From: a virus
Virus record (IMG/VR): IMGVR_UViG_3300024252_000004
Span: 280,770 to 344,769 of that record
Direction: 5' to 3' (one strand)
DNA: 64,000 bases
Below are positions 31,605 to 40,640 of the stretch, piece by piece; the first letter of the stretch is position 1; each line of letters opens with the position of its first letter. Under the pieces are notes generated by a model. It saw nothing but the letters and a program-made list of their open reading frames with translations, was not told the DNA's origin and searched no databases. The position numbers and the translations under genes were made by a program.

Positions 31605-32399
31605 ATGAATTTTAGAAATTTTGTTTTGTTCGCGGCGCTTACCAGCGTCATTGGTTGCGCCACTGTAGAGCCAGGTAATGCCGGCGTTGTAGTTGATTGG
31701 GATGGTGTGCAGGAAATTCCACTTCCAGAAGGCTTTCATCAGATCAATGTATTCACTGATACGGTAGTCAATTATCCTGTGAAGATTCAGGTTTATAATG
31801 CGCCAGCAAGTGCTATGTCGAAGGATATGCAGCTTGCAAACACACAAGTTACTGTTAATTATAAAGTAGCAATCGCAGATGCTCCCGGACTCTATCAGTC
31901 CGTTGGTATGATTGATGACGTTGAGGCTGTCCTTATCCGACCCAAGGTTCAGGATACTGTCAAGAAGTACACTGCACAGTACGCTGCGGAACAGCTTATT
32001 GGTGACAGAGAAGCAGTGACTGTTGCTATCAAAGAGGAACTTGTTGCGGAGCTTGCGGAACTCGATATCACAGTAACGGAAGTGTCTCTGACTAACTTCA
32101 ATTTCGCGGAAGAATTCCAGAAAGCGGTTGAGGATAAACAGATTGCTGAGCAGCAGGCAAAGACTGCGATGAATCAGGTAGCAATCGAAGAGGCAGAGGC
32201 AGCGAAGACTGTGGTTAGAGCAGTTGCTGAAGCTGAGTCAACCCTTGCATTGGCACGGGCACAGGCAGAGGCTAACAAGCTGCTTGATCGTTCGCTTACC
32301 GAGAAGGTGATTCGGTACGAGATGGTTAAGAAGTGGGACGGTGTCAACTCCAAGGTTGTATCCGGTAACGGTAGCGGCCTCCTTATCTCAGTAGAGTAA
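31605..32399 (+). CDS. SPFH/Band-7 (prohibitin/HflK-like) lipoprotein
   Basis: signal peptide with lipobox LTSVIGC; SPFH core followed by Ala/Glu-rich coiled coil AEQQAKTA..EEAEAAK..ARAQAEANKLL typical of Band-7 proteins. Confidence 0.65.
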   Translation: MNFRNFVLFAALTSVIGCATVEPGNAGVVVDWDGVQEIPLPEGFHQINVFTDTVVNYPVKIQVYNAPASAMSKDMQLANTQVTVNYKVAIADAPGLYQSVGMIDDVEAVLIRPKVQDTVKKYTAQYAAEQLIGDREAVTVAIKEELVAELAELDITVTEVSLTNFNFAEEFQKAVEDKQIAEQQAKTAMNQVAIEEAEAAKTVVRAVAEAESTLALARAQAEANKLLDRSLTEKVIRYEMVKKWDGVNSKVVSGNGSGLLISVE

Positions 32400-32561
32400 A
32401 ATGGAAGCATTTATAATCTTGGCAACTATAGCTATTTGCCTACTGCTTTTCTTTGACGATTAAAAAATGGAGGCCGTTTATGGCTTGGTATATATGGTTA
32501 ATCATAGCGATATGTTGCCTCATACTAATCTGCAAACGGCCTCCGCACATTTGAGGACCCT

Positions 32562-32798
32562 ATGTCTATTTACGCTGTAATTTTAATTTTGGTTATGATT
32601 GGGCTTATCGCCGCAGGGATTAAATTCCTTCCAGGCTATATTCATAAGATCCAGATGAATGCAAGAAAAGTTGAGCTATTGGATCTTGAGATTGAAAAGA
32701 AAAGAAGCCAGCAGGCGGACGAGGAATTGAATAGTTATCTCAGTGATGACGAGAGAGCCGAAATGCGCCGAAAAGCGGAGCAGGCACAAAGGAGTTAA
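32562..32798 (+). CDS. small single-pass membrane protein (possible NfeD-like SPFH partner)
   Basis: N-terminal TM helix then charged coiled coil; adjacent to SPFH gene. Confidence 0.4.
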   Translation: MSIYAVILILVMIGLIAAGIKFLPGYIHKIQMNARKVELLDLEIEKKRSQQADEELNSYLSDDERAEMRRKAEQAQRS

Positions 32799-32800
32799 AG

Positions 32801-33451
32801 ATGAAAGTAGTATGCATATCAGATACGCACAACAAACATGAACAAATTGAGATACCAGAGTGCGATCTGCTTTTGCATACCGGAGACTTTTCGTCCAGAG
32901 GCTATAAGCACGAGTTTCAAAACTTTGTCAAGTGGCTGGACAAACAGCCTGCAAAGCACAAAGTATTTATATCTGGCAATCACGATTACATTTGCCAAAA
33001 AGAACGAGAGTTTGTTGCGGAATTCGTAGCAGACTACGATGTTCATTACTTGCTTGATAGCTCCGTTGAAATAGAAGGTCTCAAAATCTATGGCAGCCCT
33101 TGGCAGCCTTGGTTTCACAATTGGGCCTTCAACTTCAATAAGAATGATCATGCTCAGGCTATATCAACTTGGGCTAAAATCCCTGATGATACTGATGTAT
33201 TACTTACACATGGGCCACCATACAAGGTCCTTGATAGAGTGGCGAGAGTCATGCATGCTGGAGAAGATCCGAATGTTGGGTGCAAGTTCCTTTTAGGAAG
33301 AGTCATGGAAGTTAAGCCAAAGCTTCATGTTTTCGGACATATCCACGAGGCTTATGGGCAGCTTGAGCACAACGGAACACTTTTCATTAATGCTGCGAGT
33401 TGCACCTTACAATATCAGCCAACTAACTTAGCGACAGTAACGGAGCTATGA
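32801..33451 (+). CDS. calcineurin-like metallophosphoesterase
   Basis: ISDTH..GD..GNHD..THGPP..GHIHE motifs. Confidence 0.7.
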   Translation: MKVVCISDTHNKHEQIEIPECDLLLHTGDFSSRGYKHEFQNFVKWLDKQPAKHKVFISGNHDYICQKEREFVAEFVADYDVHYLLDSSVEIEGLKIYGSPWQPWFHNWAFNFNKNDHAQAISTWAKIPDDTDVLLTHGPPYKVLDRVARVMHAGEDPNVGCKFLLGRVMEVKPKLHVFGHIHEAYGQLEHNGTLFINAASCTLQYQPTNLATVTEL

Positions 33452-33488
33452 TGTTCTTGATCACAATGGTGAAGACGGTTGATGCCTT

Positions 33489-34004
33489 ATGCAGGGGGAG
33501 ATAATGAAGACAAGAACATTTCAAGAGTACCATAAAGAGATTATGTCTCAGAAAAGGTACGGTGAAGATACATTTAAGGATTTCATTGAAACATGTTTTA
33601 AGCATTGTCCTGACCTTTTGGCCATCAGGCTGAGAGGTTGGACTCCAAGCTTCAATGATGGTGATCCTTGCTATCACTCAGAAGATCTAAAAGTTCTTTT
33701 TCGTGACGATGTTTACGGTTTCGATTGGGCAGTTCATTTTCATGAAAAGTACGAAAGTATTTGCGAAGAAATCTTTTTAATAAAAGCGACCCCGTCTCGT
33801 TGGAACGAAAAAGAAATGCACTACGGCGGCATGAGTCGTGAGGATATCGCTGCTCTTGGAGATTGTCCGAAAAAAAGAGTCCTTTACGCTATTCGAAATC
33901 AATTCTATGCGGAACATGCTTATGGCACAGATTATGAGTTGATCATCGATAGGACAGAGGAAGGTACGGATATCGAGTACAGACAGTACGAATGTGGTTA
34001 CTGA
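33489..34004 (+). CDS. hypothetical protein
   Basis: 171-aa ORF; alternative ATG 33504. Confidence 0.45.
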   Translation: MQGEIMKTRTFQEYHKEIMSQKRYGEDTFKDFIETCFKHCPDLLAIRLRGWTPSFNDGDPCYHSEDLKVLFRDDVYGFDWAVHFHEKYESICEEIFLIKATPSRWNEKEMHYGGMSREDIAALGDCPKKRVLYAIRNQFYAEHAYGTDYELIIDRTEEGTDIEYRQYECGY

Positions 34005-34006
34005 TT

Positions 34007-34339
34007 TTACGAGAGAAGGTCTTCTTCGACAATTGATTCTACCATGCATCTAACGTCCCAAAAGAGTGGGGACTTAAACCATTCCCCTCTTTTGACGTAC
34101 GATGAAACAAGTCTCTGATGGCACTCTTTCTCTAATTTGTAAACCTTCTCAGAAGGTAATGAATAGATTTCTATCAGTTCCAATGATTCAGAAGAACCAG
34201 TTTGTAACTGTTTCAGTCGCTTGGCAGGGTTTTTGCTAACACCGATTTTAAGGTCAGTGCCATTACTTATGATGTAAAGGTATGAAGTTTCCATGAGAAC
34301 ACCTAATATTTCGGGTAGGATTGTGAGTGAGGGTATCAT
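34007..34339 (-). CDS. T5orf172/GIY-YIG-like domain protein
   Basis: YLYIISNGTDLKIGVSKNPAKRLKQLQTG matches T5orf172 (MUG113) motif; only other minus-strand gene in this region. Confidence 0.5.
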   Translation of the reverse strand: MIPSLTILPEILGVLMETSYLYIISNGTDLKIGVSKNPAKRLKQLQTGSSESLELIEIYSLPSEKVYKLEKECHQRLVSSYVKRGEWFKSPLFWDVRCMVESIVEEDLLS

Positions 34340-34755
34340 TTATGCAAGAATACGATTCGTTATATGATGAAGCACACGATCTCCTTTGGGGAAATCATTT
34401 TACAAGAGTTCTCCGGAACGGAGCCATGATTGAAGCTGAGCTTCGATGGGGACTACCCGGACCAGAAATAGGAGAAGTCTGCATTGACAAATACGGATGC
34501 GACTCTGAAGATATCTTCTATTGGGCGTCGCAAACTCTTAATGAATCTTACGCTTTGCCTACGCATGTTGAGAAAGCAATTATGGAATCGGATGAATATG
34601 TTTCATTTGCATTGCGTATAGATAAGGTTAATAAAGAAGTCAAAAGCATTCAGAAAGAGAAGGGTGACAAGAAGTTCTATCAGCAATTTCTTAACGATTT
34701 AGAAGACGACCCTGACAATAACAAAGTTATGTTTCATAAAAGCTTAACTAAATAA
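34327..34755 (+). CDS. hypothetical protein
   Basis: 142-aa ORF. Confidence 0.45.
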   Translation: MRVSFMQEYDSLYDEAHDLLWGNHFTRVLRNGAMIEAELRWGLPGPEIGEVCIDKYGCDSEDIFYWASQTLNESYALPTHVEKAIMESDEYVSFALRIDKVNKEVKSIQKEKGDKKFYQQFLNDLEDDPDNNKVMFHKSLTK

Positions 34756-34759
34756 TCTC

Positions 34760-34845
34760 GGCCCCTTGGTGGAATTGGTTTACACAGCAGGTTCAAATTC
34801 TGTGCGCTTATGCGTTTCTCGGTTCGAGTCCGAGAGGGGCTACCA
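34760..34845 (+). tRNA. tRNA-Leu(CAA), class II, CCA encoded
   Basis: Leu-like D arm TGGTGGAATTGGTTTACAC, anticodon stem GCAGG/TCTGT (two G-U) loop TTCAAAT, 16-nt variable arm, T arm CTCGG-TTCGAGT-CCGAG. Confidence 0.55.
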
Positions 34846-34858
34846 AAAGGAAATTAAA

Positions 34859-35221
34859 ATGGGATATTACACTGACTTCTCTCTTGAAATGATTGGTTCT
34901 GAAAATGATATTCGCAAAGTTCATATCGGATTGGAAATGCAAAACTGCAATTGTCCAGATAGTCATGCCGATATCTTTAGCACAATAGCTTCCCTTGAAT
35001 CAGGTGACGCTGTCGGGTGGAAATGGTACAATAGTAAAGATGATATGGTAACATTTTCAAAGCATTTCCCCAATGTTCTATTCGTTTTAGAAGGCGAGGG
35101 AGCAGATAGCGAAGATATGTGGAGACTCTATGTGAGGGGTGGAAGGTTCTTTGTGGTTGAGCCAGAAATTATCTGGCCAGAATTTGACGAATTAGATATA
35201 TCGAAACACCTCGGAGAATAA
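34859..35221 (+). CDS. hypothetical protein
   Basis: ATG 34859 after tRNA; ORF open from 34766. Confidence 0.4.
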   Translation: MGYYTDFSLEMIGSENDIRKVHIGLEMQNCNCPDSHADIFSTIASLESGDAVGWKWYNSKDDMVTFSKHFPNVLFVLEGEGADSEDMWRLYVRGGRFFVVEPEIIWPEFDELDISKHLGE

Positions 35222-35223
35222 AG

Positions 35224-36138
35224 ATGCACCTAACGTCAATAGAACAAATTGACCGAGAGACATTAGAGAAGTTATTCCAAAGAGCGGATTACTGGAAAAG
35301 AATAAGAACACAAAAGCTTACAACAATTAAGCCGCTTCAGGGCCGCTTATTGACAAACCTATTTTATGAGCCATCGACAAGGACTGCATCATCGTTCTTT
35401 GCGGCGGCTTCTTTTCTTGGTGCCTCTGTTAATCAAATTACCAATGTAGCTTTCTCTTCTGTATCAAAAGGCGAAACGTTTGAAGACACCATTCTGACTC
35501 TCGCACAATACTCTGACGGAATTATCTTAAGGCACCCTGAGAAAGGGTACGCAGACTTAGCCGCCAGTGTGTCTCCTGTCCCCATCATTAATGCTGGGGA
35601 TGGCACAGGTGAACACCCTACTCAGACGCTACTTGATTTATATACAATATACTCAGAGCTTGGCAGGATAGATGACTTAGCTGTGGCAATGGTTGGTGAT
35701 CTTAAAAATGGGCGAACAGTTCATAGTTTAACTAAAGCGTTTGCAAAGTACGAAACAGAAACCGATCTTATTTTCATCTCTCCAGAAGAGCTTAAGATGC
35801 CCGAAGAGTATTGCGAAGTCTCTAAGGTTCTTGGGATACAAGAAACAGAAGATATGACTTCCGCAATGGAAAATAATCATATCGATGTACTGTATATGAC
35901 TCGCATACAAAAAGAGCGCTTCAATAATCAAGAAGATTATAAAAGGTATCATGGCTGCTATGAGCTTACGCCAAAAGAAATGAAGCTCATGCCGGACGAA
36001 TCATGTGTCCTTCATCCCTTGCCAAGGGTTGGGGAGATATCGTCAGAGGTTGATCACGACCCAAGGGCTGCATACTTTCGTCAAGTAAAGAATGGTATGT
36101 TCATGAGAATGGCGATATTAGAGGCATTAATTTCTTAA
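35224..36138 (+). CDS. pyrB: aspartate carbamoyltransferase catalytic subunit
   Basis: EPSTRT carbamoyl-phosphate motif, HPTQ, and VLHPLPRVGEI..FRQVKNGMFMRMAILEAL characteristic of ATCase rather than OTCase. Confidence 0.8.
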   Translation: MHLTSIEQIDRETLEKLFQRADYWKRIRTQKLTTIKPLQGRLLTNLFYEPSTRTASSFFAAASFLGASVNQITNVAFSSVSKGETFEDTILTLAQYSDGIILRHPEKGYADLAASVSPVPIINAGDGTGEHPTQTLLDLYTIYSELGRIDDLAVAMVGDLKNGRTVHSLTKAFAKYETETDLIFISPEELKMPEEYCEVSKVLGIQETEDMTSAMENNHIDVLYMTRIQKERFNNQEDYKRYHGCYELTPKEMKLMPDESCVLHPLPRVGEISSEVDHDPRAAYFRQVKNGMFMRMAILEALIS

Positions 36139-36159
36139 TTTCCCACAAGATGGTATGTG
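36131..36159 (+). promoter_or_regulatory. sigma70-like promoter, family copy 4 (overlaps pyrB 3' end)
   Basis: TTTCTT-N17(AATTTCCCACAAGATGG)-TATGTG; gene 36224 downstream. Confidence 0.55.
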
Positions 36160-36223
36160 GAGAAGAACGGTCCCCAAATGGATACCGGATTAAAATCTGG
36201 TGTTTCACAGAATAGGAAGCTAA

Positions 36224-36841
36224 ATGAGTTGTTACGAATGGGAAGAGGGCTCTATCAAAATACCTGTAAGCCATTGGCCTATGATTAAAAAGGCAGTTAG
36301 GGATGCCTATAACAAGCATCAAGAGGCGGAATACATGGCGGCTCTTTCGGTGTATAATCGGGTATGCGCCGCCGGTAAGGGGCGACGCAATTTTGATTTT
36401 CGAGCAGCAGAGCGCAAGCTGAGCTATGAGAATACGGATCGTTACCTTCTTCCCTGGCTAAAATTCAACGCATCTGAGAAACCGTTAAAACCGAAAAAGA
36501 AAGATTTTTCAAAAGCCACAAGCACCTCCACTCTGTACTCATATGACGAAATCGTTATCGGCTTCGATAACAAGACCCGCTGTATTGAGTGGCGCGTCAG
36601 CGAAAACAACCGAGCAGTAGAGCGTGCTCATGGGCACCCTGTCAGCAAAGCGTTCTTTTCGGAATTGAACAGGGTAAACTGGACCTCCAAAACTGGAGGC
36701 GTTTTCGTTGGCAATGATGAGTATAACAGAGAAGACTATAGTGCCGGTGGTGGTGGAAACTATATAACCAAATACTATGGTGGAATCGGAAAACGAGAAG
36801 CTGGTTTTAGTTCAAAACGTTCTTTGTTTAGCGGTTACTAA
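36224..36841 (+). CDS. hypothetical protein (205 aa)
   Basis: ATG start downstream of promoter copy 4. Confidence 0.5.
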   Translation: MSCYEWEEGSIKIPVSHWPMIKKAVRDAYNKHQEAEYMAALSVYNRVCAAGKGRRNFDFRAAERKLSYENTDRYLLPWLKFNASEKPLKPKKKDFSKATSTSTLYSYDEIVIGFDNKTRCIEWRVSENNRAVERAHGHPVSKAFFSELNRVNWTSKTGGVFVGNDEYNREDYSAGGGGNYITKYYGGIGKREAGFSSKRSLFSGY

Positions 36842-36851
36842 AAGGATATTT

Positions 36852-37493
36852 ATGCCAGTTTATTACGGAATTCAAACAATCTTTATACACATTCCTAAAT
36901 GTGCAGGAAGCGGAATGGCTCAAAAGCTATTCGCCCTTAACGAAAGTGGCGATGGGCTGAGTCAAGAGGTCGATAAGCATGAGAGTGCTTATGCTGTTGC
37001 AAATTATCTCAAGTACGATCTGTTCCTTCAGTTTTTCAAATTTGGATTTGTCAGGAACCCTTACGACAGAATGGTGTCGTGGTTCCATTACTACCAGAAA
37101 CTATGGAAAAATCCAGACGAAGAACCATGCAGTCAAGATTGCATTGATCGGTTTCTTGAAATGGATTTTGATACATGGATCAAATCCCTTAAGAGGCATG
37201 AGGAAGGCGGGTGTCGTTCAGAAACTGCATGTCCGTTTCACTTTATCGCCAACCAGTATCAATATTTGATCTGGAGGGATGGAAGAATCTTTGTGGATTT
37301 TGTTGGTAAGGTTGAGAATATCGATGAAGACTGGAGTTATGTTTGCGAAAAGGTTGGCCTTCCTCAAGAGAAGCTGGATGTATCCAATAGATCTGATAGG
37401 GAAGACTATCGAACTTATTACACGGAAGAAACTAAGGCTATTGTCACAGCGCAATATGAAAAAGACTTAGAATATTTTGATTACTCATTCTGA
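36852..37493 (+). CDS. sulfotransferase-family protein (putative)
   Basis: ATG 36852; IFIHIPKCAGSG resembles the 5'-PSB PAPS-binding loop (IPKTGGT) of sulfotransferases. Confidence 0.45.
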   Translation: MPVYYGIQTIFIHIPKCAGSGMAQKLFALNESGDGLSQEVDKHESAYAVANYLKYDLFLQFFKFGFVRNPYDRMVSWFHYYQKLWKNPDEEPCSQDCIDRFLEMDFDTWIKSLKRHEEGGCRSETACPFHFIANQYQYLIWRDGRIFVDFVGKVENIDEDWSYVCEKVGLPQEKLDVSNRSDREDYRTYYTEETKAIVTAQYEKDLEYFDYSF

Positions 37494-37504
37494 GAGGTAA
37501 CATC

Positions 37505-37816
37505 ATGGAAGATACTGTAGGGCATATTCGCCACATCAACTACATGGTCCGCAATTTAGAGCGTGAGTTTGTGTTCTCGGATGGGTCTGGGCCAAAAATT
37601 ATGATCGAAGACTATTGTTCTAAAAATTGGTCTTATGATCCTGATTCGAAAAAAGTGACCATTTCATTTGTGGGGGGATACTGGAATTCTTTTGAAGTGT
37701 TAGATGTGGCAAAAGGATCAGAGGTCACTCTTTTTTCTGTCAAATATGACACTGACACGCACAATTCTTATTTGGCCGTATCTAACCATAAGGAAAGCCA
37801 TGAACAGGTTGACTAA
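37505..37816 (+). CDS. hypothetical protein
   Basis: 103-aa ORF. Confidence 0.4.
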   Translation: MEDTVGHIRHINYMVRNLEREFVFSDGSGPKIMIEDYCSKNWSYDPDSKKVTISFVGGYWNSFEVLDVAKGSEVTLFSVKYDTDTHNSYLAVSNHKESHEQVD

Positions 37817-38501
37817 AACTGTAAAGATTGGCAGAATAGACTTAGAGAAATTGGGTTTAATTCTGTCTCATTTTAGAAATGTAAATTGTAACTCACGAAA
37901 CTCTGCCCTTCCAATGCTTGAAGAGATATTTGATAAGGAATCTGCTGAGGCATTAGCGTACTACATTGAGCCGCCAACTCAGATTAAGAAAGAAGATGTG
38001 CAAAAAACCATTGAGCGAGCATATAATGATGGTGTGTTTTCGCCATACCTTGCCGCCTGTAACATTATTCATATAGATCATATTGGAAATCCGGAACTGT
38101 TTATCGGGATTGCTAAGATAATTATGTGTGCTGTAACTGAAGGTAAAATTACTGAGTTGTTGATATCATTATATGAACTTAGCTTTATTTCGGCCCTATC
38201 ATTAGACACAAGATCATCGATGATTGCTTGGATATTTTCCAACAGAGAACACTTGACTGACGAAGTGTTGAAGATATGCAGATCGCCTTTCTTTTTTCCA
38301 TCCGATGCAAGTGCGATGGTGATCCAGTTAATTAAAATGGAAATGTACGACGAAGCGGTTGAGTTTTCAATCGAGAACGAAGGGGAGCATCTTCGGTACC
38401 TGCTTGCGTCGGAGCTTCCTATTGAATATATGGCTCACTTGATGGACTCACCCGCCAGTGTTATGGAAGTTATTGATGAAAGATTGCAGAACGAAAGCTG
38501 A
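37800..38501 (+). CDS. hypothetical protein
   Basis: ATG 37800 preceded by AGGAAAG; longer ORF from 37704 overlaps previous gene. Confidence 0.4.
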   Translation: MNRLTKTVKIGRIDLEKLGLILSHFRNVNCNSRNSALPMLEEIFDKESAEALAYYIEPPTQIKKEDVQKTIERAYNDGVFSPYLAACNIIHIDHIGNPELFIGIAKIIMCAVTEGKITELLISLYELSFISALSLDTRSSMIAWIFSNREHLTDEVLKICRSPFFFPSDASAMVIQLIKMEMYDEAVEFSIENEGEHLRYLLASELPIEYMAHLMDSPASVMEVIDERLQNES

Positions 38502-38513
38502 ATGCTTCGAAAT

Positions 38514-38542
38514 TTTCTAAAATTCCTGTAGGACGTTATAGG
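38514..38542 (+). promoter_or_regulatory. sigma70-like promoter, family copy 5, flanked by inverted repeat CTTCGAAA/TTTCGAAG
   Basis: TTTCTA-N17(AAATTCCTGTAGGACGT)-TATAGG; gene 38585 downstream. Confidence 0.55.
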
Positions 38543-38584
38543 TTTTCGAAGCGATACTTCAACCCTTAACCAAGGAAATTTAAC

Positions 38585-38827
38585 ATGGGTTTCAATAGAG
38601 TTTCGACCAACAAGCCGTGCGACAAGCACTTCTGTTTTTTCATTCAGGACTTTCGGGAAGGTGATTCCGTTTACGTCATGGTTAATAGGCAGCGCGTCCG
38701 AGGGCGAGTTGTGGCAGTTAACAAGCGTGAGAACGTAGTTCTGTGGGAGGATGGCGATGGTGTTATCAGCCGCTCAGTTCTTGACGAGTTCTCATTCCTC
38801 GGACCTTTCGACAGTGAGTGGGTCTGA
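38585..38827 (+). CDS. hypothetical protein
   Basis: 80-aa ORF 43 nt downstream of promoter copy 5. Confidence 0.45.
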   Translation: MGFNRVSTNKPCDKHFCFFIQDFREGDSVYVMVNRQRVRGRVVAVNKRENVVLWEDGDGVISRSVLDEFSFLGPFDSEWV

Positions 38828-38844
38828 GAACACCAAGGAGATAG

Positions 38845-39090
38845 ATGATAGTTGTCTATGAGAATAGGAAATACTTTTTTCGCGATAAATGGCTTAGCGA
38901 AAGTGGTGCGGAGGTTAGCGATATCCTCTCTAATTTCCTTAGCGAAAAGGCCATGCAGGATGGAGTCGATCCTGGCCTATTTGCGAGCATTGTGACCCCG
39001 GTGCAAACTAGGGTTATCAAGGCAAAACCTAAGCCAAAGAAGGAAAAAAAGAAATCAACTCTTGAAGTCTTGTTTGACCTTAATTGCTGA
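38845..39090 (+). CDS. hypothetical protein (Lys-rich C-terminus)
   Basis: 81-aa ORF. Confidence 0.4.
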   Translation: MIVVYENRKYFFRDKWLSESGAEVSDILSNFLSEKAMQDGVDPGLFASIVTPVQTRVIKAKPKPKKEKKKSTLEVLFDLNC

Positions 39091-39183
39091 TTTCTTATCC
39101 TTATTTTGGATTAGTAAAACAAGTTGAGTATCATTAATTAACGATACTAATATAAAATTGATAAAACTGAAAAAGGAGTTTAA

Positions 39184-39396
39184 ATGAATTCTAACGAGAA
39201 TCGGAGCGAGGTTATCGAGTCTACTCGTAATCTCAAGAACCTTAGTGTGACTGTACGCTCTGGCAGTCTTAGGAAGCAGAGGCTTTCTAACAATGTCTCC
39301 CTTACACGTACCCTCGATGGCGGAGAGTTTAGTACAAGACTTACCATTAGAGAGGCCCGAGCCCTTCGTGATTTCCTGAACGAAACCCTGGACTGA
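39184..39396 (+). CDS. hypothetical protein
   Basis: SD AAAAGGAG + ATG 39184. Confidence 0.45.
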   Translation: MNSNENRSEVIESTRNLKNLSVTVRSGSLRKQRLSNNVSLTRTLDGGEFSTRLTIREARALRDFLNETLD

Positions 39397-39525
39397 ACGA
39401 AAAAACGAAAATCGTGTTACAGGGGCGTAACACACCGAACCTAACAACGCAAAAAATTAAAGTCAAATAGACTTGGCGCAGCATCGGGGGATCCTTCTAC
39501 AAGGTGAACCCGATCTCGCCATACG

Positions 39526-39840
39526 TTGGAGCGTATATTGCCAAGCATTACTATTAGCAAAGAGGCCATTGAAGACATCATGTGGTCATCTGTTGGTCCA
39601 TCCGATAGCGGAGCATTCATCATTGTGCATGAAGGCGAGTGGACGCAGGACGGAAAATGTCAGTATCAGGAGATTATCTTCAAAAACACTGGCGATACTA
39701 AATGCTATTCATTTAACATTTCACGTTCTGGCTCTCCATTTACGTATTGGCATTACGACACAGAGTACATGGAAGAGATGACGTGTACCGAAGTTGAAGA
39801 AGTAGAGATCATTACCAAAATGTGGAGAGCCGTAAAGTAG
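39526..39840 (+). CDS. hypothetical protein
   Basis: 104-aa ORF. Confidence 0.4.
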   Translation: MERILPSITISKEAIEDIMWSSVGPSDSGAFIIVHEGEWTQDGKCQYQEIIFKNTGDTKCYSFNISRSGSPFTYWHYDTEYMEEMTCTEVEEVEIITKMWRAVK

Positions 39841-39858
39841 CCTCCCAAAGAGGATACC

Positions 39859-40554
39859 ATGGATTCCGCGAAATATCCCAGGTCGCTGCATTGGCCGAGT
39901 TCCCCAGGAACTACCTCAGATGACCGTTTCATTACACAGGCACAAGCGCTCGCATTTCTAAATGTCGAGACTGTGCTTACCGAAAAGCTTGACGGTGGAA
40001 ATACTACCATAACGAGAGATGCCTTTTTTGCAAGGTCTCATGGTGGAGAACCAGCTCACCCGTCATTCAATCTTCTACGCACCCTTCATAAGAATTATCT
40101 ATGTAGGGCCATTGATAAAAATATATCAGTATTTGCTGAGTGGTGCTTCGCAGTACACTCAATTAGGTACTCGATGCTTCAAGATTATCTCAACATTATC
40201 GCCGTCAGGAATGATGAAACCGGCGAATGGTGGGATTGGGACGAAGTATGTTTGATGGCTGATCACCTCGGCTTCCCCACTGTACCAGTTCTACTCCGTG
40301 GAACGTTTACAGACATAGGCGCCTTGGAAAAAACTATGACCACGTTCTCTGGCTTGTCGTCTTTGTACGGCCCAACAAGAGAAGGTGTAGTTCTAAGAAA
40401 AGTCAAGGGTGTTGCTGAGATCAAAGACGAGCGTGGTCTTTGCTTAGATGGTCTTGCTAAGTGGGTAAGAGAAGATCATGTTCAAACGGACGAACATTGG
40501 AGCAAGAAGAAAGTTGAAATTCAGCCAACCATATCGGCACTGAGTTTTATGTAA
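39859..40554 (+). CDS. ATP-dependent RNA ligase (RNA_ligase/DRB0094-like family)
   Basis: KYPRSLHWPSSPG..DD N-terminal signature and nucleotidyltransferase motif I TEKLDGGN (KxDG). Confidence 0.6.
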   Translation: MDSAKYPRSLHWPSSPGTTSDDRFITQAQALAFLNVETVLTEKLDGGNTTITRDAFFARSHGGEPAHPSFNLLRTLHKNYLCRAIDKNISVFAEWCFAVHSIRYSMLQDYLNIIAVRNDETGEWWDWDEVCLMADHLGFPTVPVLLRGTFTDIGALEKTMTTFSGLSSLYGPTREGVVLRKVKGVAEIKDERGLCLDGLAKWVREDHVQTDEHWSKKKVEIQPTISALSFM

Positions 40555-40640
40555 TCAGCCTTTTGCTTCGTTCTAAAAATTGCGTATATATCCTAGACAA
40601 GAAAGCTAAATCCTGTAAACCTCCATCAAGGAAGAAATTA

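Noticed and set aside
36160-36224. tRNA between promoter copy 4 and gene 36224
   Set aside because: The CCGGATTAAAATCTGG segment does not form a cloverleaf with an acceptor/T arm. It is treated as 5' UTR.
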